This document shows, in pieces, positions 53,540 through 63,093 of a stretch of 64,000 nt of DNA; position 1 is the stretch's first letter; each line of letters opens with the position of its first letter. Under the pieces are notes generated by a model. The model was not told the origin of the DNA, made no database searches, and worked only from the letters and a program-made list of their open reading frames with translations. The DNA is taken from the NCBI GenBank assembly GCA_026387335.1, contig JAPLLX010000002.1, positions 77,326 through 141,325 of the forward strand, given 5' to 3'. The translations under genes were made by a program, and so were the position numbers. This DNA is from Candidatus Omnitrophota bacterium. Lineage in GTDB: Bacteria; Omnitrophota; Gorgyraeia; Gygaellales; Profunditerraquicolaceae.

Positions 53540-54034
53540 ATGAAAAGGTTATTTCTAGATTTAGATATTTGCGATAAGTGTAAAGAATGCAAGGTTACCT
53601 GTGATTATTTCTATCATCCGCAGAACGACGGTATTACGTCTTTACGCGAATACGCGACTTTCGCGACTATCTGCCGGCATTGTGAAGAAGCGCCCTGCGT
53701 GGATTCCTGTTATCATAACGCCCTGGAGAGGGCGCCTGACGGGCATATTAAGCGTTATAAGATGCGCTGCACAAGCTGTAAATCCTGTTCCATTGCCTGT
53801 CCTTTCGGAATTATTTTCCAGGATTTTATTCCCTATCTGGATTCTAAATGCGATTATTGCGTAGGTAAAAGCGCCGAACTTCCTAAATGCGCGTTTACCT
53901 GCCCCGAAAAAGCTATAGAGGTCAAAGAAGTCGAAGAGAGCTTAGAGCGGGATATTTATTTTGTGGGAGAACATTTAGCGGTGCATTCGCGTAAATGGTC
54001 AAGGGAGGATATACAACCCCCGAGAAAGAAATGA
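53540..54034 (+). CDS. Poly-ferredoxin-like 4Fe-4S cluster protein
   Basis: 16 Cys in CxxCxxC(xxx)C-type arrays. Confidence 0.6.
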   Translation: MKRLFLDLDICDKCKECKVTCDYFYHPQNDGITSLREYATFATICRHCEEAPCVDSCYHNALERAPDGHIKRYKMRCTSCKSCSIACPFGIIFQDFIPYLDSKCDYCVGKSAELPKCAFTCPEKAIEVKEVEESLERDIYFVGEHLAVHSRKWSREDIQPPRKK

Positions 54035-54942
54035 AAGAAATTTTTTATTATTTAATATTTCCCGGTTTTTTATTCAGCGCGCTAGTAGGGCTAATGGCCG
54101 GTTGGATAGATAGAAAGTTGACGGCGCGCCTGCAATGGCGGGTCGGACCGCCCTGGCATCAGAATTTTACCGATATCGTAAAATTATTAGGTAAAGAGGT
54201 TATTGTCCCCGAAGGCGCCAGGCTTACGTTTTTATTTTCACCGTATCTGGGCTTGGTAAGCGCGATATTGGTAGCCGCCAGCTTAGGAAGGATCATAATT
54301 TCTCCGGCAAATAGTTTCGGCGCGGACTTGATCGTCTTTTTCTATCTTTTAAGCTTACCGGCCGTAGCCTTGATCATCGGGGCTTCTTCTTCCAGAAATC
54401 CGTTGGCTTCGGTAGGGGTATCCAGGGAGGTTAAACTTCTTTTAGCTTATGAGCTGCCGCTTATCCTCTCTATAATTACTGTGGTCATCAAAAGCAACGG
54501 GTCCCTCCAGATAGGCTCGATAATCCAGCAGCAGATGTTCTTTGGCTCCAATATTTTTTCATTTTCAGGCGCTTTGGCTTTTCTGGTCGCAATATTTTGT
54601 ATGCAGGCAAAATTAGGGTTAGGGCTTTTTGATGTTGCTGAAGCGGATCAGGAGCTTATGTGCGGGACCTTAATTGAATATTCGGGGCTGCCGTTGGCAA
54701 TATTTAAACTAACCAAGGCCTTAATGCTTTATACTGTCCCGCTTTTTATCATTGTTTTATTTTTAGGTTGCTCTTTAAGCCCGGCGTTACTGATCGCTAA
54801 ATATTTGATGCTGTTGGCTATAATGATATTGATCAAGAACACTAACCCGCGTTTACGCATAGACCAGGTTTTAAGATTCTTCTGGAGAATACCGACGCTG
54901 GCAGCCGGGGCAGCCGTTATTCTGGCTATGTTGGGATTATAA
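54031..54942 (+). CDS. Group-4 hydrogenase membrane subunit (NuoH / EchB / HycD-like)
   Basis: Start at ATG 54031, overlapping the upstream stop; NuoH motif (RLQWRVGPP). Confidence 0.7.
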   Translation: MKEIFYYLIFPGFLFSALVGLMAGWIDRKLTARLQWRVGPPWHQNFTDIVKLLGKEVIVPEGARLTFLFSPYLGLVSAILVAASLGRIIISPANSFGADLIVFFYLLSLPAVALIIGASSSRNPLASVGVSREVKLLLAYELPLILSIITVVIKSNGSLQIGSIIQQQMFFGSNIFSFSGALAFLVAIFCMQAKLGLGLFDVAEADQELMCGTLIEYSGLPLAIFKLTKALMLYTVPLFIIVLFLGCSLSPALLIAKYLMLLAIMILIKNTNPRLRIDQVLRFFWRIPTLAAGAAVILAMLGL

Positions 54943-54943
54943 T

Positions 54944-55369
54944 ATGGATATAAGACGTAAGGCTTGGACTAAATCTATCTGGGTATTTCATGTGAGCAAT
55001 GGCTCTTGCAATAATTGCGATATTGAAATCCTGGATTGTTTTACCCCCAGATTCGACCTTGAACGTTTTGGCATACAGCTTATCGGATCAGTCCGGCACG
55101 CCGACGCGCTTTTAATCACCGGGGCAATGAATAAAAAATCAATTCCCAGGATGAAAAAAATCTATGAACAAGCGGCTAAGCCCTGTGTGGTGGTAGCCTG
55201 CGGCACCTGCGCGTGTTCACAGCATATGTTCAGGGATAGCTATAATGTGGGGGAGCCTTTGGATAAAATATTACCGGTAGATGTCTATATTCCGGGTTGC
55301 CCTCCCAAGCCGGAGGCAATCATTGCCGGCATCGTAAAACTGGTAGATAAAGTAAGGAAGGGTAAATAA
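54944..55369 (+). CDS. [NiFe]-hydrogenase small subunit (NuoB / EchC-like)
   Basis: CNNCDIE, ACGTCACSQ and IPGCPPKPE cluster ligands. Confidence 0.8.
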   Translation: MDIRRKAWTKSIWVFHVSNGSCNNCDIEILDCFTPRFDLERFGIQLIGSVRHADALLITGAMNKKSIPRMKKIYEQAAKPCVVVACGTCACSQHMFRDSYNVGEPLDKILPVDVYIPGCPPKPEAIIAGIVKLVDKVRKGK

Positions 55370-55373
55370 GCTT

Positions 55374-55802
55374 ATGGATATGCGCGACAGAATAAAAGAG
55401 AAATTACAGGATAAAATAAAAGATTGGCAGGAGAAGTCTATTAAGAGGATATACTTCGCAATAGACAAGAAAGATATTTTTAAGGTTACGCAGGTATTAT
55501 TTAAAGAGCTGGAACTAAGGTTTATCACTGCTTCCGCCACAGATATGCCGGATTATTTTGAGATTTTGTATCATTTCAGCAATGACCCTTCGGGCGAGAT
55601 CTATTCAGTCCGTGTTTTATTAGAAGATAAGCTTAAACCCGAAATCCAGTCAATAACCCCGATGTTTGCCGGCGCTGAATGGGTTGAGCGGGAGATCTGG
55701 GAGATGCTGGGGATTAATTTTAAGGGGCATCCGAATTTAAAAAAGCTTCTGCTGGCCGAAGAATGGCCGGAAGGTGAATATCCTTTGAGGAATAAAAAAT
55801 GA
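55374..55802 (+). CDS. NuoC / EchD-like subunit
   Basis: Position and size between the small and large subunits; NuoC-like pattern. Confidence 0.55.
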   Translation: MDMRDRIKEKLQDKIKDWQEKSIKRIYFAIDKKDIFKVTQVLFKELELRFITASATDMPDYFEILYHFSNDPSGEIYSVRVLLEDKLKPEIQSITPMFAGAEWVEREIWEMLGINFKGHPNLKKLLLAEEWPEGEYPLRNKK

Positions 55803-57007
55803 GCCATAAAATCATCGTGCCCATAGGGCCATATCACCCTTTACAGGAAGAGCCGGAATATTTCCAACTTTATGTTGAAGGCGAGCGGGTAGTTGATATA
55901 GATATAATTATCGGTTATAACCACCGCGGAATAGAAAAACTATCCGAGTCTAAACATTTTGACCAGGTGCCGTTCTTAGTCGAGCGTATTTGCGGCATTT
56001 GTTCGTCAAGCCATCCTTATGCTTATGTTTTAGCCGTAGAAAATATTTTAGGAGGAGAAGCAACTATTGTTCCGGAGAGAGCACTCTATATCCGCACAAT
56101 CATTGATGAACTCCAGAGGATCCACAGCCATCTCTTATGGTTGGGCCTGGCCGGACATTTTATCGGATATAATACTATCTGGATGTGGGCGTGGAAATAC
56201 CGCGAGCCGGTCCTGGATTGTTTTGAAATGGTTACCGGAAACCGGAATAACTACGCTATGTTCAAAGTCGGCGGAGTCAGGCGGGATATAAAAGACGAAG
56301 ATATTCCGGTCTTAAAAAAGATGCTGGACGAATTAAGCCCGGCGGTAGATTTATTCCGCGGCGCGATTATGGATGACCCGGTCATTAAAATGCGGCTTAA
56401 GGGCGTAGGGGTGTTGACCCGCCAACAGGTGATTGATTGGTGCGTTGTGGGCCCCACTGCCCGGGCCTCAGGAGTGAATATTGATATTCGCCGGGATGAT
56501 CCTTACGGAGTAATTGAGAGGCTGGATTGGAACGTAATTTTAGAAAAAGAGGGAGATATTTTTTGTAAAACCGTAGTCAGGATCCTGGAATTATATGAGA
56601 GTATAAGTATAATCCGGCAGTCCTTAAATAAGATCCCCAAGGGCGCTCCCATTGACGCCGAAGTCAAAGATATCCCTGCCGGAGAAGGCATCGGTAGAGT
56701 GGAAGCTCCCCGGGGTGAATGTTTCCATTATATAAAAAGCGACGGGACCAACCGGCCGATCAGGCATAAGATCCGCTCTCCGAGTTTTATGAATGTGGCT
56801 TCGGATAAAGTTTCGGCGGTAGGAGGGACGATTTCCGATGCTACGCTGACTCTAGCGGCGGTTGACCCCTGTTATTGTTGCACGGAGAGAGTGGCGGTTA
56901 TCCGCAAAACAGATAATCACAAAGTGATGAATGGCTGGGATTTGATTAAGTTGTCTCAAGAAAAGACCCTTAGACTAAAGGAGGTTTATTATGGTAGACC
57001 TGAATAG
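55799..57007 (+). CDS. Group-4 [NiFe]-hydrogenase large subunit (NuoD / EchE-like)
   Basis: N-terminal RICGICSSSH and C-terminal DPCYCCTER Ni-Fe binding motifs. Confidence 0.85.
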   Translation: MSHKIIVPIGPYHPLQEEPEYFQLYVEGERVVDIDIIIGYNHRGIEKLSESKHFDQVPFLVERICGICSSSHPYAYVLAVENILGGEATIVPERALYIRTIIDELQRIHSHLLWLGLAGHFIGYNTIWMWAWKYREPVLDCFEMVTGNRNNYAMFKVGGVRRDIKDEDIPVLKKMLDELSPAVDLFRGAIMDDPVIKMRLKGVGVLTRQQVIDWCVVGPTARASGVNIDIRRDDPYGVIERLDWNVILEKEGDIFCKTVVRILELYESISIIRQSLNKIPKGAPIDAEVKDIPAGEGIGRVEAPRGECFHYIKSDGTNRPIRHKIRSPSFMNVASDKVSAVGGTISDATLTLAAVDPCYCCTERVAVIRKTDNHKVMNGWDLIKLSQEKTLRLKEVYYGRPE

Positions 57008-57608
57008 TATTAAGGTAAAGATTAATCAAATGTCCAAAAGCGCTTCATCTATGTGGCAGCTTACTTATGACGCTTTCATTGAGCACGACGTGGACCTGAT
57101 CACCAAGGCCCTGCTTGAGGAAGATAAACTCAATGCTTTGGAAGAGGAAATCAATAAAGAAATAATCGGCTTAGCTCGTTCGTCAGTCACGCCGGAAGAA
57201 AAATCCAGAGTTATAACTTATGCCAATATTGCCGGGGATTTTGAGTTAATCGGAGACTACTGTAAGGATATTCTGGAGAGGATCCAGATAAAGATAGAAG
57301 AAAAGCTGCTTTTTAGCGAAGGAGCGGTGGAAGAATATAAGAACCTTTACAATAAAACCAAAGGCGCTTTGGATGAAGTTGTTTTTGTTTTGGAGAAAGA
57401 TAACCCCGCCCTGATTAAAGAAGTATTAAGAAAAGAGGAGCATATTGACAGCCTCGTGGATAAATACCGCCATAACCACGACCAGCGAATGCTTGTCGGC
57501 GAATGCACGCCTATGGGCTGTAATATGTTTTTGAACATGCTGGATTTTACAGCCGCGGTTTATTACCATATTAAAAAGATAGCTAAAAGCCTCTTAGAGA
57601 TAAAATGA
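56991..57608 (+). CDS. Hypothetical helical protein (PhoU-like?) inserted in the hydrogenase operon
   Basis: 205 aa, coiled/helical with no redox motifs; RBS AAGGAGG. Confidence 0.3.
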   Translation: MVDLNSIKVKINQMSKSASSMWQLTYDAFIEHDVDLITKALLEEDKLNALEEEINKEIIGLARSSVTPEEKSRVITYANIAGDFELIGDYCKDILERIQIKIEEKLLFSEGAVEEYKNLYNKTKGALDEVVFVLEKDNPALIKEVLRKEEHIDSLVDKYRHNHDQRMLVGECTPMGCNMFLNMLDFTAAVYYHIKKIAKSLLEIK

Positions 57609-59338
57609 TGAATACCAGTTTATTCTTTTTACTTGCGCTTCCCCTGGCCGTTTGTTTAATTTTATTCTTTTTAGGCAAACAGGATAATCTGAGGAAGAAC
57701 TTAAGCTTAGCCGTATTCCTGTTAAGCCTGGTATTTTCCGTTTATTTATTTTTAAAGCCGCCCGGAGCCTGGAGCAGGTATTTATTTAACGGCTACGTTC
57801 TTACGCTCGGGCTGGATAAGCTCTCCCGCCTGATATTAATCTTCGCCAATCTTTTCGGGGTATTGGTCTGCTTATATTCTAAAGATTATATGAACGCTAA
57901 GCGCGGGTATTTCTCCTGGCTCCTGGGATTGCTGGTCTTTACTAATTTAGAAATACTGGCCACGGACTTTATTATATTCGTATTATCCTGGGGCGGTTCC
58001 ATCTTTATGCTCTACGCCTTACTTAACCTGGGTTCAAGTTTTAGCGCTAAAAAGGCCACGACAATATTAGGGTTTTCTTATATCTGTTTTATTATCGGCG
58101 CCTGTATCTATTCCAGGTTTAGCGGTTCATTCAGCATGTCAGGCGGGACGAGCATGGTTCTCAACCGGCCTGTATGCTGGCTAGCTTTTGGCTTGATGCT
58201 CACCGGCGCCCTGGCCAAGATGGGTTCGGGCCCATTTCATACCTGGATACCTACTGCCAGCGAAAATGCCCCTATTCCGGTTATGGCCATATTGCCGGCA
58301 TCTTTGGACAAACTGCTGGGCGTATACATACTCTCGCGCCTTTGCCTGGACTTCTTTGTGATGAATAGTTTTGTAATCGCGCTCTTGCTGATTACCGGGA
58401 GCCTCACTATAATTTTTGCGGTTTTGATGGCGCTTATCCAGCATGACTTAAGGAAGCTGCTGGCGTATCACGCGATAAGCCAGGCAGGATATATGGTCCT
58501 GGGTTTAGGCACCGGAAATCCCGTAGGGGTTATAGGCGCGATATTCCATATGTTTAACAACGCGATATACAAAAACGGGCTTTTCCTGGTGGGTGGCGCG
58601 GTAGAAAAAGAGAAGGGAACTTTTGACCTGGATAAATTAGGGGGCCTGGCCCGCTATATGCCGCTTACTTTTGCGAGCGCGCTGATTTTAGCTCTCTCCA
58701 TTTCAGGAGTCCCTCCTTTTAATGGTTTTGTTTCTAAGTTGATGATTTATCAGGGCACACTTTTAGGGCTTATGTCATCTTCAGGGATCTGGTTGCGTTT
58801 TGCTTTTATGTTTGCTTTAATTTCGGCGATGTTTGGCAGCGCCCTTACTTTGGCCAGTTTTATAAAATTTATCCACGCTATCTTTTTAGGCCAGGATAAT
58901 AACCTTAAGAAGAATAAAATAAGCGAGGCTCCCTGGAAGATGCTTACTCCGCTATTGGTCTTATCCGGGCTTTGCGTAGTCCTTGGGATATTCTCCAGCG
59001 CCTTTATCAGAGGAGAACTGGCTGCGTCTTTCTCATTCGCCCTAAATTATAGCGGAAAAATAAACAGTATGTTTGTCGCCTTGTTCTTAGGCGTAGCCTT
59101 ACTGGCGGGATTCCTTTTATGGAAAGTAATTTCTTCAGGCAAAGGGGTAAGGGAAGATAGCTTTTTTGTAGGAGGGGAGTCGGCCTACGGTTCGCCCAAT
59201 TTCCCGGCTACGGAATTTTATAAGACAATAGAGGACGTTCCTTTATTGTCTAAGGTTTATAAGTTTCTTAAATCCGGGAAATGGGATATCTATAACCTGT
59301 TAAACAAAATTTTGAAAATATGCGCCGTCCAAAAATAA
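57605..59338 (+). CDS. Antiporter-like membrane subunit (NuoL / EchA / MbhH-like)
   Basis: About 16 TM helices and a conserved AYHAISQAGYMVLGLG region. Confidence 0.75.
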   Translation: MMNTSLFFLLALPLAVCLILFFLGKQDNLRKNLSLAVFLLSLVFSVYLFLKPPGAWSRYLFNGYVLTLGLDKLSRLILIFANLFGVLVCLYSKDYMNAKRGYFSWLLGLLVFTNLEILATDFIIFVLSWGGSIFMLYALLNLGSSFSAKKATTILGFSYICFIIGACIYSRFSGSFSMSGGTSMVLNRPVCWLAFGLMLTGALAKMGSGPFHTWIPTASENAPIPVMAILPASLDKLLGVYILSRLCLDFFVMNSFVIALLLITGSLTIIFAVLMALIQHDLRKLLAYHAISQAGYMVLGLGTGNPVGVIGAIFHMFNNAIYKNGLFLVGGAVEKEKGTFDLDKLGGLARYMPLTFASALILALSISGVPPFNGFVSKLMIYQGTLLGLMSSSGIWLRFAFMFALISAMFGSALTLASFIKFIHAIFLGQDNNLKKNKISEAPWKMLTPLLVLSGLCVVLGIFSSAFIRGELAASFSFALNYSGKINSMFVALFLGVALLAGFLLWKVISSGKGVREDSFFVGGESAYGSPNFPATEFYKTIEDVPLLSKVYKFLKSGKWDIYNLLNKILKICAVQK

Positions 59339-59934
59339 GAGAATTAAAAGAGGTTATAAAGTCTTTATTCGGTCGCGCTTACACCAGCGATTTCCCGCGT
59401 AAGCCGCATACGCCTTACGAGAGGTTTCGCGGCAGGCCATATTTCCATGAGGAAGATTGCCTGGGTTGCACTGCCTGCGCTCAGGTCTGCCCGGCGAAAG
59501 CGATAGAGGTAAGCGATCAGGTGGCCGCAGGGGCAATAAAAAGAAAATTAACTGTTCATTGGGATATCTGCATATTTTGCGGGCAATGCGAGGCCAGTTG
59601 CCCTACCTTAAAAGGTATAATGCTCTCGCGGGAATTTGACCTGGCTACAACCGAGAAGAGGCAGGATTTAAAGCAGGTAATTGAAAAAGAGTTCGTAATC
59701 TGCGAATATTGCGGCGAGCCGATCCTGCCTTACGACCAGTATGTTTGGGTCGCTAAACGCTTAGGCGCGCTTACTTTTACCAACGCTTCGCTTCTGCTTT
59801 TTTATTTAAGAAGCGCCGGGCTGGCTTTAAAAGAAAGGTTTCTTGCCGGCAATAAACAGGCCGCTCTCAACCGTTCTACGCGCCTGAAAATCCTTTGTCC
59901 CCGCTGCCGGCGCGAGGCAGTAATCAAATCTTAA
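59320..59934 (+). CDS. 2x[4Fe-4S] subunit (NuoI / EchF-like)
   Basis: CLGCTACAQVCP and CIFCGQCEASCP. Confidence 0.75.
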   Translation: MRRPKIRELKEVIKSLFGRAYTSDFPRKPHTPYERFRGRPYFHEEDCLGCTACAQVCPAKAIEVSDQVAAGAIKRKLTVHWDICIFCGQCEASCPTLKGIMLSREFDLATTEKRQDLKQVIEKEFVICEYCGEPILPYDQYVWVAKRLGALTFTNASLLLFYLRSAGLALKERFLAGNKQAALNRSTRLKILCPRCRREAVIKS

Positions 59935-59994
59935 TTTATGCCCCTGCTGTTCCGAATGTCCGATAAAATGAAACAGCAGGGGTAAATTCGCGCA

Positions 59995-61239
59995 TTGACT
60001 TACTCTCTGCCTTCGGCGGATCGTAAGTCAAGCGCTCATTTAATGTTTTCTTCATTACAGGTAAGAAATTACCGGGTCTATTGGCTTGGTATGTTTGTTT
60101 CGCTTATCGGCACCTGGATCCAGCAGGTAGCCCAGAGTTGGCTGGTCTTTGAGCTGACTAATTCGGCTTTTCTCCTTGGCGTGGTGGGATTTTTAAGCTC
60201 TATCCCCATATTCCTTTTATCATTATTCGGAGGCGTTTTAGCTGACCGCCTGAATAAAAGGAATATCCTCATATTAACCCAAACAATTTTTATGGTCCTG
60301 GCGTTTATATTGGCGGTCCTTACTCAAAATAAATTAATTACTCCTGCGCAGATTATGATTATCGCTTTGCTTAACGGGATAGTTATGGCTTTTGACGCGC
60401 CGGCCCGGCAGGCAGTAGTGGTAGAACTCGTCGGAAAAACCCATTTATTTAACGCGATAGCTTTAAATTCCGTGGCTTTTAATTCTTCGCGGATAATCGG
60501 CCCGGCTCTAGCCGGTATATTAGTCGCGACAATAGGCATGAGCGGTTGTTTCTATATAAACGGGATAAGTTTTTTGGCGGTACTGATTGCTCTTTGGACA
60601 ATTAGTATCAAGAGAGGGATTAATGACGTTAAATCCAAAGGAGCGTTCCACGATTTAAAAGAAGGCCTGATATTTATTAAGAATAATCGCCTGATTTTGG
60701 CTTTGATTTCTAATGTAGCGGTAATCAGCCTATTTGGCGTGGCCCATATTATACTTATGCCCATATTTGCCAATGATATTTTAAAGGTGGGGATTAAAGG
60801 CCTGGGGGTTTTATTGTCTGCTTCAGGGATGGGCGCGTTAATCGGGGCGCTGATTTTAGCTAAACTCGGAGATTCTAAGCGCAAGGGGAGGCTCCTTTGC
60901 GCTTCAACGATATTGTTTTCTTTCGCTCTTATAATTTTCTCTTTATCAAAAATATACTGGTTATCGCTTGTGGCTATGTTTTTGGTAGGAGGGACAAGTG
61001 TTACGGCAGTCGCCCTGATAAATACGTTATTACAGATGAGGGTTGAGGATAAATTCAGAGGCAGGGTAATGAGCGTATTTATGATTACTTTTGCCGGTTT
61101 GATGCCTTTTGGCAATCTTATCGCCGGGAGTATTGCCCAGGTAATGGGTGTTTCTTTCGCGGTTATGTTAGGTGGTAGCATTTGCGCGGCGTTTTTTCTG
61201 ACCGTTAATGTTGTCTACCCGAAAATAAGAGAAATCTAA
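59995..61239 (+). CDS. MFS transporter (EntS-like efflux type)
   Basis: Twelve TM helices and MFS motifs. Confidence 0.7.
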   Translation: MTYSLPSADRKSSAHLMFSSLQVRNYRVYWLGMFVSLIGTWIQQVAQSWLVFELTNSAFLLGVVGFLSSIPIFLLSLFGGVLADRLNKRNILILTQTIFMVLAFILAVLTQNKLITPAQIMIIALLNGIVMAFDAPARQAVVVELVGKTHLFNAIALNSVAFNSSRIIGPALAGILVATIGMSGCFYINGISFLAVLIALWTISIKRGINDVKSKGAFHDLKEGLIFIKNNRLILALISNVAVISLFGVAHIILMPIFANDILKVGIKGLGVLLSASGMGALIGALILAKLGDSKRKGRLLCASTILFSFALIIFSLSKIYWLSLVAMFLVGGTSVTAVALINTLLQMRVEDKFRGRVMSVFMITFAGLMPFGNLIAGSIAQVMGVSFAVMLGGSICAAFFLTVNVVYPKIREI

Positions 61240-61350
61240 GTAATTTTGATTGATTTTTCTAAAAGATTTGTTAAAATTATAGAAACCAGTAACACCCCGG
61301 GCTTATAAGGTATTGCGCGGGTGTGCCCTTCTGGTCAAGGAGGTGAGCAG

Positions 61351-61827
61351 ATGAAAAGATTCGGATTTATTGTTTTGGCTTCCGTAATTGCAATTTCAAT
61401 TTTCGGATGCGGTAAAAAGCAGCAAACGTTAGAAGAGATGCAGCAACCAATGTCTATGGAGACGCTTTCCACAATGTCTACTACAACCGCGCCTACTCTA
61501 GAGACAAAGGTAGAGAGCAAGGCCCCTGAAGCTAAGATTGAAGTAGGAACTCCTTCAGTAGTCAAAGCGGCAAAATTAGAACCCTTACCTCCGGCCGGTC
61601 CTTTTAAACCTACGGCTATCGAGATCCAGGCAGCGCTTAAGAACGCGGGTTTCTATACCGGAACAGTAGACGGCAAAATCGGAGCAAAAACCAAGAAGGC
61701 TATCTCAGAATTCCAGAAGGCAAATGGCCTGACAGGAGATGGCAAAGTAGGTCCTAAGACTTGGAGCGTATTAAGTAAATATCTTAATTCCCAGTCAGCG
61801 TCACCAACATCTTCCGGCGCCAGATAA
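61351..61827 (+). CDS. Lipoprotein with C-terminal peptidoglycan-binding (PG_binding_1) domain
   Basis: Start at ATG 61351 with a perfect RBS AAGGAGGTGA. Lipobox IFGCGK. Tandem GxVDGxxGxxTxxAIxxFQ repeats. Confidence 0.65.
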   Translation: MKRFGFIVLASVIAISIFGCGKKQQTLEEMQQPMSMETLSTMSTTTAPTLETKVESKAPEAKIEVGTPSVVKAAKLEPLPPAGPFKPTAIEIQAALKNAGFYTGTVDGKIGAKTKKAISEFQKANGLTGDGKVGPKTWSVLSKYLNSQSASPTSSGAR

Positions 61828-61853
61828 GCTGAGCCAGTTTTAGTTTTAAGAAA

Positions 61854-61884
61854 AGTCCCGGCATTTTTGCTGGGACTTTTTTTA
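61854..61884 (+). terminator. Rho-independent terminator
   Basis: AGTCCCGGC ... GCTGGGACT stem (one mismatch), then TTTTTTTA. Confidence 0.6.
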
Positions 61885-61906
61885 TTTTTGGTGTTATAAT
61901 AACCTA

Positions 61907-63091
61907 ATGCTTGAATTTCCTAAAGAATTTCTCTGGGGCGCGTCTACTTCCGCTTATCAGGTTGAGGGCGATAATGTATCCAGCGACTGGTGGGAGTGGG
62001 AGAAGCGCGTTAATCTAAAATACCCTTCTGGGAAAGCAGCCCGCCATTACGAGTTTTACGCCCAGGATTTTGACCTGGCCAAAGAGTTAAATCACAATTG
62101 CCACCGTCTCTCTATTGAGTGGTCGCGCATTGAGCCTGAGGAAGGCAGATTCTCCGCTAAAGAGCTGGAGCATTATAAGCAGGTGATTTTGAGCCTAAAA
62201 GCGCGCTCGCTTAAGCCGATAGTCACCCTGCATCATTTCACTAATCCTATCTGGTTTGCCAAAGCCGGCGGTTGGCGCAATAAGCAAGCGGTGCAATATT
62301 TCCTGCGTTATGTTGAAAAAGTTGTAGGCGCGCTTGCCGGCGATGTGCCTTTTTGGGTGACCATCAATGAGCCGATGGTCTATACTTATTTTTCTTATTT
62401 TTTAGGCACCTGGCCTCCGCAGGAGAGGTCAATTTTAAGGGCCAGGCAAGTAACCGGGAATTTGGTCAAGGCGCATATTGCAGCCTATCATTTAATCCGC
62501 GATATTTATCAGAAGAAGAATCTAGAATATCCTCAAATCAGTATCGCCCAGAATATGCAGGCTTTTATTCCTTGCCTACCTAGCCTAAAGAATAAAATAT
62601 CCGCTTACTTCAGGCATAAATTTTACAATCTTGAGTTTATTGATAAATTGATCAGAAAGCACTCGATTGATTTTATCGGGATGAATTATTACAGCCCCAG
62701 CTGGGTGGGAAAGGTAAATTGTGCCAACCAGCCGGCTTTAAGAAAGAATTCCATGGGTTGGGACATATACCCGCAAGGCCTTTACGATTTATTGATGGGA
62801 CTAAAGAAATATAATCTTCCCGTATTTATTCTGGAAAACGGCATTTGCACTGATAATGACGCCTTAAGATGGGACTATATCCGGGAGCATCTTGAGAGTG
62901 TGAATAAGGCGTTGCTTGGCGGAGTAAAGATATTAGGCTACGTATATTGGTCTCTTCTGGATAATTACGAATGGGATAAAGGATTTGCCCCGCGATTTGG
63001 GCTGGTAGAGGTGGATTATAATACTTATAAACGCACGATCCGGGAGAGCGCCCGCAAATTCTCCGAAGTATGCAAGACCGGTAGATTATAA
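61907..63091 (+). CDS. Glycoside hydrolase family 1 (beta-glucosidase/galactosidase-like)
   Basis: FLWGASTSAYQVEG, TINEP (acid/base) and ILENG (nucleophile) motifs. A TGtTATAAT extended -10 ends 6 nt before the ATG. Confidence 0.8.
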   Translation: MLEFPKEFLWGASTSAYQVEGDNVSSDWWEWEKRVNLKYPSGKAARHYEFYAQDFDLAKELNHNCHRLSIEWSRIEPEEGRFSAKELEHYKQVILSLKARSLKPIVTLHHFTNPIWFAKAGGWRNKQAVQYFLRYVEKVVGALAGDVPFWVTINEPMVYTYFSYFLGTWPPQERSILRARQVTGNLVKAHIAAYHLIRDIYQKKNLEYPQISIAQNMQAFIPCLPSLKNKISAYFRHKFYNLEFIDKLIRKHSIDFIGMNYYSPSWVGKVNCANQPALRKNSMGWDIYPQGLYDLLMGLKKYNLPVFILENGICTDNDALRWDYIREHLESVNKALLGGVKILGYVYWSLLDNYEWDKGFAPRFGLVEVDYNTYKRTIRESARKFSEVCKTGRL

Positions 63092-63093
63092 TT

